Virus record (IMG/VR): IMGVR_UViG_3300016471_000283
Span: 1-43,329 of that record
Length of the DNA stretch: 43,329 bases
Reading direction: 5' to 3' (one strand)
Origin: a virus
Lineage: Duplodnaviria > Caudoviricetes
Made by a program: the position numbers and the translations under genes. Numbering within the stretch: the first letter of the stretch is position 1; each line of letters starts with the position of its first letter. Below, in pieces: positions 11,601 to 18,994 of the stretch. Under the pieces are notes generated by a model. It was not told the DNA's origin and did not search any database. It saw only the letters and a program-made list of their open reading frames with translations.

Positions 11601-12170
11601 GGTATAACCTATAGTAATTTCTCAAATATATTAAAACTTAAAACAATAAATGTTTCTCCTAGTAATGTCTCAAAATTGAGAGCGATGGTGTTTTATACCG
11701 CTTATATGAATGGCCATGATGACGCAAAATTTAATACCTATAATTTCGATCTTGGTGGTACACCACTTGCTGGGTTTCAACCTATACCTAACATTAAATA
11801 TGGTGGACTTGATAAGTATTTACAACCAACATACGTGTGTAAACAACTTCCTACAGGATATCGAGTTCCTTTCGCCTCTTTTGAAAGTTTTGAAAAATCA
11901 ATTGATTTTATTATAAATTTATGGTTTACGTCTGAAAGAAGTAATTTGTTTGTAGCAAATGAAAATATTGGATATAATAACAAATGGCGAAACGAAGAAG
12001 ATTATAGAGTAAATATGTTTACGTTATGGTCGTATTATTGGCCTAGAAAAAGATTTCAAACGGTTGAAGATTTTAAAAAATGGTTAAGTAACAATTTAAG
12101 AACTAAAGAACAGTTTATAAAAGCTGGGGATGAGGTTTATCAAAAACTTAAAGAGTTCAAGTTAATTTAA
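5604..12170 (+). CDS. Giant baseplate hub-like protein (gp27/gpD/VgrG-N type) with large insertions
   Basis: 2188 aa. YNVRVEALGCALLQPTMYFNLRNVPMFDGSYQIQSVEHRIESGSFKTFFEGIR is typical of the hub C-terminal barrel; N-terminal LGIESIVIKNTRSFTPTVDMVLID; canonical position after the gp53-like gene. Confidence 0.6.
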   Translation: MADNFSRTNEDVFVVKDVDNIIIVDPNKTISKDGVVSERGINQENFVMYVNLEAQMLPRTKLVQGQDLENTIQTQTLASINFLRPGGKTFLDNTYVDQFTGLNTLDGRGINQQSVDQFNKPDKSDEFYFKQNTQNTQDTGLLGIESIVIKNTRSFTPTVDMVLIDSMGRALFEKGEQSEYAFFFNLPYPTFYLTIKGYYGKAIKYQLILTKFSAAFESATGNYRINLQFYSYKYTVLAETQIGALFATPFMYTNDFKISQEIPPAIAAAQISVGGDKTNVKNVRTTKGRQIISDVYKKYKALGLVDENFPEVTFPELRAQLLSLQKNLESSFGQTDFSPLTDCEEYFSVLEDYRRSITDVTDSSSWFRKFIDEKKIFVLKSENGAPQKQAYIFNQTIRSDSQSAENALGELERIVTEYESALAKNKTLGLGGNYKIGNNAPTPSEIKVIQEVDARKSNDKTIVKPNSFVAPTTPDGIDWAATFELRNKRKPTNDLEVTSLQAEEQQFFYTILDNLEEKVTYPTYCFIFDGPGRYEDIINKSFEELDQKKTQIIEKMTEFLSKKIEGTNGLGFKPTMRNVMAIIFASVEAFYRLLNLVHREAWSQRDNTIRKLACYNDQVSPDIKQNTRDVNQNSQLNQIVYPWPLYLKQEVDKSGITRYVTMYPGEQSEISKTRATDYQIWPEVQFVEEYIRGLAKSNQSESQQSGNLAENDVGRLINRISVNAIDFPTTNKIFADLQDVKFLYEIYERVYLQTYWDRLSRPTAQNLDVMDSLSQMELINIRKALNTFGNPGLIKILKNTAFRASNYLQVLRNISNEGVGISWQQFIRGIFTADYLRAETQKDFSILPSTSISSGAQFSSEDSTTLNKVEQYVKNISSASLDFLDLYPFVDPTWVSNNLDNISNQTLGYNNTTKSLFLNSSLNFITNFEKTANVDLNNNRPFVNNSYLSYTQPEINLVSNSQQTSPNTSFGFNKYYTDKIEKNNFLITEGVILYNGNTGLLTSNQTVSMFNTPFFINSFIEGVKNDREDSKYPYLKAAYLFINSLPLSTLRESLKNIIDPKDNSKNPSNDYLYATLTKFGAVHRLPYAWIIKYGSIWHRYKKYIETGEDILDSVWTSVDINKIYNPIANSLQHNYRTKNLLGDDISLYGQTIVTTTNTTDAIKRKYVGFYPGLINDVLFFFTGQNYFSDYSDSNLDKVVTEGLNIGLSKATMRLPIGYSLTLDNINKSLDFAGWYTAFDVRDSAKFNSNARGKTIILPSFGTNLNQVQFECFGLLGSSLIQTQEIFDNRAVNDGSIRFFWGAPNFGYFDLSSITKPKYNEYFNNISPNEINSKSFNLRSAYSNIEELFGVFKTEILDSFELEFLKFSRSSRQLDETDLADTNLANRTFQQIFANCLIVEQTGLSNNISGTTQTDYLDLLSNEQGRSITQALQKFLNYNLAFRYGNPGNYDRRLFGSFTTNQRNKVFDEYKFEPYVLGTLPGDGVNFDFSLSYLQNTEAWKTLLLYVGFATNSNLEYTNDGSFFTDFFITMNIKFNSENIITVAPLVKLFAKQKLYATNYNYSKNDFINDVNEFFTSKENFLNITLNSLFDKLQKELPQVQETNTKPLLSVIDGLPPKLDLWEAFKSFNDKWIAGSNFDEKILFQEILFLDRANRDVGDVLIDPFKLLNFINSYSSFNTRVIDFVSQILVDNKFFMMPIPAYINWWGDGEVQNGIDPKAQSVNDVANNLFGIYQNVDVRYSQPAFLCYYVGNPSEHLNLKTNPNYMWGSDSFQLDSDQVPLSVPATKKTDWANSNRVVGFNVDFGTRNQNIFSSIQLDQIIGASTSESNRVITEMAAQAGGARSTLGSVSLYNLYKTRSYNVRVEALGCALLQPTMYFNLRNVPMFDGSYQIQSVEHRIESGSFKTFFEGIRIPFYSLPQIDKQLISINNNVLGELLASIRRLKQTSVNSTDETNNNIIIADSIQENVKYTTTTPILCNNSIRSGEIPYREWIGGEGFTTGITYSNFSNILKLKTINVSPSNVSKLRAMVFYTAYMNGHDDAKFNTYNFDLGGTPLAGFQPIPNIKYGGLDKYLQPTYVCKQLPTGYRVPFASFESFEKSIDFIINLWFTSERSNLFVANENIGYNNKWRNEEDYRVNMFTLWSYYWPRKRFQTVEDFKKWLSNNLRTKEQFIKAGDEVYQKLKEFKLI

Positions 12171-12183
12171 TGAGTCAATCATA

Positions 12184-12191
12184 TATTTATA
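12184..12191 (+). promoter_or_regulatory. TATTTATA upstream motif
   Basis: 11 nt before ATG 12203, followed by an A-run. Confidence 0.5.
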
Positions 12192-12202
12192 ATAAAAAAA
12201 AT

Positions 12203-12427
12203 ATGGAATTACAAAATATTTTAGATAATTATTTGGGTAAAAGAACACGTTATACTCAAAAACAAATTACAACTGGTGTTAGTGAAGTTTGTGATTTAGA
12301 TACTGGTGATTGTTATACTGTTAGAGAAAGAGATGGATTAATTGAGAGAGTTGACAATACAATGAGAACTAATAAAAAAATCCAAGTAGAAACATCTCAT
12401 GGAATTAAACAATTATTAAATGGATAA
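12203..12427 (+). CDS. Small hypothetical protein (74 aa)
   Basis: ATG 12203 preferred over 12170 because it follows the TATTTATA motif and an A-rich leader; contains EVCDLDTGDC. Confidence 0.65.
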   Translation: MELQNILDNYLGKRTRYTQKQITTGVSEVCDLDTGDCYTVRERDGLIERVDNTMRTNKKIQVETSHGIKQLLNG

Positions 12428-12430
12428 TAT

Positions 12431-13117
12431 ATGTCTATAGAAAAAAAAATTCTTCAAGAAATTAGACGCCATCATCAAATTAACAAATATGTGATGGAAC
12501 AGGAAACTGCACCTGATGCGGCGGCACCAACTTTAGATCCAAATGCTCCACCCGCTGCAGATCCAATGGCGGCCAGTCAAATACCACCACTTGGTGCTAC
12601 AGATCCTATGCTTCCACAAGAAGCGCCAACACCTGAAGTTATTGATGTATCTCAAGATGACGAAGTTGAAAAAATAGGTTCTGAAGGTCAGACTGAGGAT
12701 ACAGAATCAGGAACCGAGGAGCTCGAGATTACGGATTTAGTAAATACTCAAAAGGATATACAAAGTAAACAAGAAGAATACTTCGACAAGATGTTTAAAC
12801 AATTAGAAACACTTCAATCGAAAGTAGGTGAAATGGATCAGTTAATTGACAAAATCAATTCTTTAGAAATGAAAGTTGAAAAATACAGACCTAAAACCGC
12901 TCAAGAAAAATTAGAATTGAGAAGTTTAGATTCAGGACCATTCAATCAAAAGTTGACAGATTTTTTTGATGAAAAAGAGGAAGACCTTGAAAAGTCAGGA
13001 AAAAATGAATATATTCTGACTTCAGACGAAGTAGAAAACATCGTGCCATCAGAAGTTAAAAAAAGTTTTGACATTACTCTACCAACACCTGACACAAATT
13101 TCAGATCGTATTATTGA
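12431..13117 (+). CDS. Acidic hypothetical protein with Pro/Ala linker and coiled coil
   Basis: 228 aa; P/A/D/E-rich linker then heptad-like KQEEYFDKMFKQLETLQSKVGEMDQLIDKINSLEMKVEK. Confidence 0.75.
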   Translation: MSIEKKILQEIRRHHQINKYVMEQETAPDAAAPTLDPNAPPAADPMAASQIPPLGATDPMLPQEAPTPEVIDVSQDDEVEKIGSEGQTEDTESGTEELEITDLVNTQKDIQSKQEEYFDKMFKQLETLQSKVGEMDQLIDKINSLEMKVEKYRPKTAQEKLELRSLDSGPFNQKLTDFFDEKEEDLEKSGKNEYILTSDEVENIVPSEVKKSFDITLPTPDTNFRSYY

Positions 13118-13141
13118 TTTTTTTAAATATTCACTTATATT
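13114..13141 (+). promoter_or_regulatory. Possible sigma70-like promoter TTGATT-N16-TATATT upstream of the replication block
   Basis: Hexamers at 13114-13119 and 13136-13141; a similar TTGAAA-N16-TATTAT lies at 16092-16119. AT-rich background weakens significance. Confidence 0.3.
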
Positions 13142-13168
13142 AAAAGGGTCACTAAGACCCTTTTTTTT
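13142..13168 (+). terminator. Rho-independent terminator-like hairpin
   Basis: AAAAGGGTC-ACTAA-GACCCTTTT, with the 3' arm running into a T8 tract (13161-13168). Confidence 0.75.
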
Positions 13169-13197
13169 ATTCAAACATTTTAATTATTTTAAACAAC

Positions 13198-14028
13198 ATG
13201 ATGAGTTCATTAGATGCCGTATTGGCACAGTACGAGAAAAACCAATCAGGTGATGGTTTATCTCAAGAGGAAAAAATGAAGAAATACTTCGCTTGTATCC
13301 TCCCACAAAATTCCTCAACAGGACAAAAAAGAGTACGAATTCTCCCTACCAAAGACGGTTCGTCCCCATTCAAAGAAGTTTACTATCATGAACTTCAAGT
13401 CGGTGGAAAATGGGTAAAACTTTACGACCCAGGTAAAAATGATAATGAGAGGTCTCCTTTGAACGAGCTTTACGAAGAGTTGAGGTCTACAGGAAAAGAG
13501 TCAGACAAAGAGTTGGCAAAACAATATAACTCAAGAAAGTTCTATATTGTAAAAGTCATCGATCGTGATGCTGAAGAAGAGGGTGTAAAGTTTTGGAGAT
13601 TCAAACATAATTATAAAAACGATGGTATTCTTGATAAGATTATTCCTATTTGGAGACAAAAAGGTGATGTTACAGATTCTGAGAAAGGTCGAGACTTAAT
13701 TATTGAAATGGTAAAACAAAAAACTCCAGGAGGCAAAGACTATACCGCAATCCAAACCATTATGCATGATGACCCTAGCCCACTACACGCTGATCTAAAA
13801 ATCAAAGAAGAGTGGCTTAAGGATGAGCTTACATGGAATGATGTTTATGTTAAAAAGCCATTAGAATATCTTGAAGCTATTTCTAGAGGAGAAACACCAC
13901 GTTGGGACTCTAACGCCAATAAGTATGTTTATGGAGATTCTTCAGAAACTGAAATTTTAATTGGTGGAAATCAATCCTACGAAGATCCTCAAATAAATTT
14001 AGGCCCAGATGAGGATTTACCATTTTGA
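13198..14028 (+). CDS. Single-stranded DNA-binding protein, T4 gp32-like
   Basis: VRILP...PFKEVYYH...RKFYIVKVIDR...GVKFWRF...GRDLIIE pattern; acidic tail ending DEDLPF; adjacent to UvsX. Confidence 0.8.
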   Translation: MMSSLDAVLAQYEKNQSGDGLSQEEKMKKYFACILPQNSSTGQKRVRILPTKDGSSPFKEVYYHELQVGGKWVKLYDPGKNDNERSPLNELYEELRSTGKESDKELAKQYNSRKFYIVKVIDRDAEEEGVKFWRFKHNYKNDGILDKIIPIWRQKGDVTDSEKGRDLIIEMVKQKTPGGKDYTAIQTIMHDDPSPLHADLKIKEEWLKDELTWNDVYVKKPLEYLEAISRGETPRWDSNANKYVYGDSSETEILIGGNQSYEDPQINLGPDEDLPF

Positions 14029-14074
14029 AAAAAAAATTATTATTTAGTCCACCAAAAATAATTTATTAAAATTT

Positions 14075-15088
14075 ATGGCAATTAAGAAAAAAAATTTTAC
14101 AGAGATAAAGAAAAAATTTTCAACATCTGCTAAATACAAACCTCAAGAGTACTTCGATTTAGGTCGTGAATTTTTGGACGCGGTTGGACTGCCAGGGCCG
14201 GCAATTGGACATATAAACATGTTACTCGGCCACTCTGACACTGGAAAAACCACAGCATTAATTAAAACCGCAATAGATGCTCAAAGAAAAAATATACTAC
14301 CAGTTTTTATTATAACAGAGCAAAAATGGGACTTCGGCCATGCAAGAATGATGGGGTTTGAATGTGAAGAAATTGTTGATAAATCAACAGGAGAAATCGA
14401 TTGGGAAGGCTTCTTTTTATTCAACAACAATTTTTTATACATTGAACAAATCACAGATTACATCAATGAAATTTTGGACGCTCAGGAAAAAGGAGAAATT
14501 GATTATGATTTAGTTTTTCTTTGGGATAGTGTTGGGTCAGTACCATGTAAAATGACTTATGATGGAAAAGGCGGTAAGCAACACAATGCCTCTGTTCTAT
14601 CTGATAAAATTGGTATGGGTATCAACCAAAGAATTTCTGGAACTAGAAAATCCGAATCAAAATTTCAAAACTCGTTGGTCATTGTTGCTCAACCATGGGT
14701 TGAACTTCCTGATAATCCATTTGGACAACCCAAAATCAAGAGTAAAGGAGGTGAGTCTATTTGGTTAAATTCCTCGATTGTATTTTTGTTCGGGAATCAA
14801 AAGGGAGCGGGCACAACTAAAATTACGGCAACCAAAGACAAGAGAACTGTCAAATTTGCATCTCGTACCAAAATTTCAGTATTAAAAAATCATATCAATG
14901 GTTTGGGTTATGAGGATGGTAAAATTATTGTTACACCTCATGGATTTATTTCTGGTAAAGATAGTACTGAAGAAAAAAATTCAGTTGAAAAATACAAAAA
15001 AGAATATGCTGATTATTGGAAAGAAGTTCTTGGTTTAGAAGGTGATTTTATATTGAAAGAAGAAACTGAGATAGATAATGAACAATAG
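14075..15088 (+). CDS. uvsX: RecA/UvsX-like recombinase
   Basis: Walker A GHSDTGKT, Walker B VFLWDSVGS, KGGESIW and VLKNH motifs. Confidence 0.88.
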   Translation: MAIKKKNFTEIKKKFSTSAKYKPQEYFDLGREFLDAVGLPGPAIGHINMLLGHSDTGKTTALIKTAIDAQRKNILPVFIITEQKWDFGHARMMGFECEEIVDKSTGEIDWEGFFLFNNNFLYIEQITDYINEILDAQEKGEIDYDLVFLWDSVGSVPCKMTYDGKGGKQHNASVLSDKIGMGINQRISGTRKSESKFQNSLVIVAQPWVELPDNPFGQPKIKSKGGESIWLNSSIVFLFGNQKGAGTTKITATKDKRTVKFASRTKISVLKNHINGLGYEDGKIIVTPHGFISGKDSTEEKNSVEKYKKEYADYWKEVLGLEGDFILKEETEIDNEQ

Positions 15089-16095
15089 TGAAAACATTAT
15101 TAATTGATGGAGATAATTTATTTAATCTCGGATTCTTTGGTGTCAGAGACTTCTTTGTTGACGGAACACACATCGGTGGATTATACCATTTCATCGACGC
15201 CATTCGTAAACAATTGGATGAACACGATTACGACAAAGTATTTGTCGTTTGGGATGACGAACACAACTCAAGTAGGCGACGAGAAATATACCCTTACTAT
15301 AAGTTAAATCGTAGAGAAAGACTGAATGAGTTTCAAAGAGAATCATTCAACATTCAAAAAAACAAAGTCCAAAATTATTTAGAAGAACTTTTTATAAGAC
15401 AACTTAAAGTTCCATACAATGAGGGTGATGATTTAATTTCTTACTATTGTCTACATGCGGTAAAAGAAACAATTACCATTTTTTCTTCAGATAAAGATTT
15501 ACTTCAACTTTTAAATTCACGAATTAGTGTTTATTCTCCAATCCACAAAAAATATTTTTACGAAGGTGATAAAATAAAACTTGATGAAATAGAAGTTCCT
15601 CATGTTAACTTACTACTTGCTAAAATTTTATTAGGTGATAAATCTGATAATGTTTTTGGAATATTAAACTTCGGTGAAAAAAGTTTGGTTAAATTTTTTC
15701 CAGAGGTATTGGAAAATCCAACAACACTTGAACATATTCTAAATAAAACATCAGAAATATATCAAACTAAAAAATTGAAGGGTTTAGAAAATCTGATGAG
15801 TGGTAGGTGCAAGAATTCGGAAGAGGGAATGGATTTTTTCAATAAAAGAAGAATGATTATGGATTTACATAACCCTATGATAACTGAAGACGCAAAAGAA
15901 TTGGTTAAAGAAAATATTCAAGATAATATCGACCCAGAAGGAAGGGGGTATAAAAATGTTATACGAATGATGACACAAGACGGTTTTTTTAAATATCTTC
16001 CTAAAACAGATGAGGGATTTGTTGAGTTCCTTCGTCCGTTTATGAAACTAACAAGAAAAGAAAAAAGAAAATTCAACAGAGAAGAAAAAATTTGA
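15088..16095 (+). CDS. rnh: 5'-3' exonuclease / T4 RNase H-like flap nuclease
   Basis: TLLIDGDNL, VVWD, YKLNR, EGDDLI, SSDKDLLQL, LGDKSDNVFGI (H3TH) motifs; GTG start overlaps the uvsX TAG. Confidence 0.9.
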   Translation: MKTLLIDGDNLFNLGFFGVRDFFVDGTHIGGLYHFIDAIRKQLDEHDYDKVFVVWDDEHNSSRRREIYPYYKLNRRERLNEFQRESFNIQKNKVQNYLEELFIRQLKVPYNEGDDLISYYCLHAVKETITIFSSDKDLLQLLNSRISVYSPIHKKYFYEGDKIKLDEIEVPHVNLLLAKILLGDKSDNVFGILNFGEKSLVKFFPEVLENPTTLEHILNKTSEIYQTKKLKGLENLMSGRCKNSEEGMDFFNKRRMIMDLHNPMITEDAKELVKENIQDNIDPEGRGYKNVIRMMTQDGFFKYLPKTDEGFVEFLRPFMKLTRKEKRKFNREEKI

Positions 16096-16138
16096 AAAAT
16101 ATAAAAAACCACCTATTATTTAATAAATTTAATAAATT

Positions 16139-16588
16139 ATGAAAGAGCAAGAATTAACAAAATTGGAATTTCTTATTACGTTAAATGACAATATCGTTAT
16201 TCAACGATATTTTAACGTCAAGAGTTATAATCCTATTGCTGAAAAATCTATGGATGTTTATGATTATATGAAATATTTTGTAGAAGAATTTCTAAGAGAA
16301 CAAAAAATGAGAACCACGGTTTATATGATGGATTTAATTGATGAAATTATTGAAGATCCTACAATATTAGAGACATCTATGACCGAAGGTCCCGAAACTT
16401 TTCACTTCAAAATAATAAAAGAAAATACGACAATTTGTCATAGATCATTAGATGCTAAAATTTTTCCACCTAAAATAAGATACACCGTAGACATACGTCA
16501 GCAAGTAAAAAATGTACTTAAAGACCTAACTGACATATTTTCAGGTAAAGAATTTGAGACGAATTATCTCGACTATAGTCTAGTTTGA
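16139..16588 (+). CDS. Hypothetical protein in the replication block
   Basis: 149 aa ORF with A-rich leader between the exonuclease and the helicase. Confidence 0.75.
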   Translation: MKEQELTKLEFLITLNDNIVIQRYFNVKSYNPIAEKSMDVYDYMKYFVEEFLREQKMRTTVYMMDLIDEIIEDPTILETSMTEGPETFHFKIIKENTTICHRSLDAKIFPPKIRYTVDIRQQVKNVLKDLTDIFSGKEFETNYLDYSLV

Positions 16589-16591
16589 TTG

Positions 16592-16599
16592 TATTTATC
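16592..16599 (+). promoter_or_regulatory. TATTTATC upstream motif
   Basis: In the short gap before helicase ATG 16620. Confidence 0.4.
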
Positions 16600-16619
16600 A
16601 GTATACTAATTTAAAATTT

Positions 16620-17999
16620 ATGTCTAGAAACTTTGAATATTTGGGAGAAACATTTCAGTTACAATTAATTAATCAACTAATTGTTGAGAAGGATTTTTCA
16701 CATACAATTCTAGATGTATTAGAACCTACACATTTTGAAAACAAGTATTTTAAAACACTCGTTCAACTAATAAAAGAGTATTATGTTAAGTACGAGTGTT
16801 CACCTTCATTTGAAACACTTTATCAAATTGTTAAAAGTGAATTTCCACAAGAACTCATGTTGAAGATATTGAATGATACAATATCTAAAATTAAAAAAGC
16901 ACCAATTGATGGTCTCGCTTTTGTTCAAGAAAAAACTTTAAAGTTCTGTAAACAACAAGAATTGCAAAAAGCCATTACTAAGTCACAAAAGATATTAGAT
17001 AATGGTGAGTTTGAAAACTATGATAAACTTGAAGAATTAATCAAATCTGCGTTACAAGTTGGTGAAAACAATAAGAATGTTGTTGATGTTTTTAATGACA
17101 TCGACGACCTTCTCAGAGAAGATTTCAGACACCCAATTCCTTTGGGAATACCAGGTATCGACAAATTACTTAAAGGTGGTCTAGCGAAAGGTGAGTTGGG
17201 TGTAATACTAGCCGCCACTGGTGTCGGCAAGTCTAGTTTTTTAACCAAAATTGCCAACAATGCATTTAATTTAGGATTTAATGTACTTCAGATCTTTTTT
17301 GAAGACAATCCAAAAGTAATTCAAAGAAAACATTTCACACTTTGGACAGGGATAGCACCAGATGAGTTACCGAACCACAAAGATGAAGTTATTTCAAGAG
17401 TGGAATATATTAAAAATAATTTCAAAAATAATTTATACATAAAAAAATTGGCGTCAGATTCATATTCTATGATACAAATTAAGAGTATGATCAGAAAGAT
17501 GATTGCCGATGGTAATAAAATTGATATGATTGTTCTTGATTATATTGATTGTGTTGTTCCAGATAAACATTTAGGTGATGAGTGGAAAAGCGAAGGGTCT
17601 GTAATGAGAAGTTATGAGGCTATGTGTCACGAACTTGGAGTAGTAGGATGGACTGCAACTCAAGGAAATCGGAGCAGTATATCCTCTGAGATTGTTACTA
17701 CAGATCAAATGGGTGGATCTATCAAGAAAGCACAAGTTGGTCATGTGATTATTACTGTGGCTAAAACTTTACAACAAAAAGAATCTGGACTTGCAACAAT
17801 TGCGATTACCAAATCAAGAATAGGTAAGGATGGTGTTGTATTTGAAAATTGTAAATTTGATAATGAATTACTTATTATTGATACAGAAAATTCGGTAACT
17901 TTATTAGGATTTGAAGAAAATAAAGAAGAAAGAAAAAGAGACAGAATTAAAGAACTTATGGAACAAAGACAACATAGATTGTCTGAAAACATCAATTAA
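16620..17999 (+). CDS. Replicative SF4 helicase (T4 gp41 / DnaB-like)
   Basis: [20 protein letters not shown] (Walker A), IVLDYID (Walker B), [13 protein letters not shown]. Confidence 0.92.
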   Translation: MSRNFEYLGETFQLQLINQLIVEKDFSHTILDVLEPTHFENKYFKTLVQLIKEYYVKYECSPSFETLYQIVKSEFPQELMLKILNDTISKIKKAPIDGLAFVQEKTLKFCKQQELQKAITKSQKILDNGEFENYDKLEELIKSALQVGENNKNVVDVFNDIDDLLREDFRHPIPLGIPGIDKLLKGGLAKGELGVILAATGVGKSSFLTKIANNAFNLGFNVLQIFFEDNPKVIQRKHFTLWTGIAPDELPNHKDEVISRVEYIKNNFKNNLYIKKLASDSYSMIQIKSMIRKMIADGNKIDMIVLDYIDCVVPDKHLGDEWKSEGSVMRSYEAMCHELGVVGWTATQGNRSSISSEIVTTDQMGGSIKKAQVGHVIITVAKTLQQKESGLATIAITKSRIGKDGVVFENCKFDNELLIIDTENSVTLLGFEENKEERKRDRIKELMEQRQHRLSENIN

Positions 18000-18019
18000 C
18001 TAAATTAAATTTAAAAACC

Positions 18020-18982
18020 ATGGAAAAGATTTTACAAGAAAATCCGAATCGCTTTGTCCTATTCCCAATTAAACATCAAGATTTATGGAATCTTTATAAA
18101 CAAGCTCAATCTTGTTTTTGGACTGCAGAAGAAATTGATCTACAACAAGATTTAACTGATTGGGAAAAACTAAACGAGGGTGAAAAATACTTTATCAAGA
18201 ATGTATTGGCGTTTTTTGCCGCATCAGATGGGATCGTAAATGAAAACCTTGCTGAAAACTTTGTAAAAGAAGTTCAATATACTGAAGCTAAGTTTTTTTA
18301 TGGGTTTCAAATTATGATGGAAAATGTTCACTCAGAAACATATTCTTTATTAATTGACACATATATTAAAGATAAAGATGAACAAAATAAATTGTTCAAC
18401 GCAATAGAAACTATTCCCGCAGTTAAGAAGAAAGCAGAGTGGGCTCTCAAATGGATTGGATCTTCATCATTTACAGAAAGATTAATTGCGTTCGCGGCGG
18501 TTGAAGGCATATTCTTTTCAGGTTCGTTTTGTTCAATCTTTTGGCTTAAAAGACGTGGACTAATGCCAGGATTAAGTTTTTCTAATGAATTGATATCTCG
18601 AGATGAGGGACTACACACCAATTTTGCGGTTCATCTGTATCGTCATCACATCCAAGATCAACTCTCAAAAGAGAGAGTTTTAGAAATTTTGATGTCCGCA
18701 CTTACAATTGAAAAAGAATTTATAACTGAATCACTTCCAGTCGATTTAATTGGTATGAATTCTAAATTAATGTGTCAGTACTTGGAGTATGTTACTGATA
18801 GATTGTTAGTTGATTTGGGTATTGGTAAAGTTTATAATTCAGAGAACCCATTTGATTTTATGCAAAATATTGCACTAGAAAACAAAACAAACTTTTTTGA
18901 AAAACGAGTATCTGATTATTCTAAAAGAGGAGTGGGGGATGTAATTGAAACCAAAGAAATAAATTTTGAAGAAGATTTTTAA
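18020..18982 (+). CDS. nrdB: Ribonucleotide reductase class Ia beta subunit
   Basis: [21 protein letters not shown] (radical Tyr), [24 protein letters not shown]. Confidence 0.97.
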   Translation: MEKILQENPNRFVLFPIKHQDLWNLYKQAQSCFWTAEEIDLQQDLTDWEKLNEGEKYFIKNVLAFFAASDGIVNENLAENFVKEVQYTEAKFFYGFQIMMENVHSETYSLLIDTYIKDKDEQNKLFNAIETIPAVKKKAEWALKWIGSSSFTERLIAFAAVEGIFFSGSFCSIFWLKRRGLMPGLSFSNELISRDEGLHTNFAVHLYRHHIQDQLSKERVLEILMSALTIEKEFITESLPVDLIGMNSKLMCQYLEYVTDRLLVDLGIGKVYNSENPFDFMQNIALENKTNFFEKRVSDYSKRGVGDVIETKEINFEEDF

Positions 18983-18994
18983 AAATTGAGAGTA

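Noticed and set aside
14034-14064. Inverted repeat AAATTATT...AATAATTT before uvsX
   Set aside because: AT-only stem, expected by chance in this composition.
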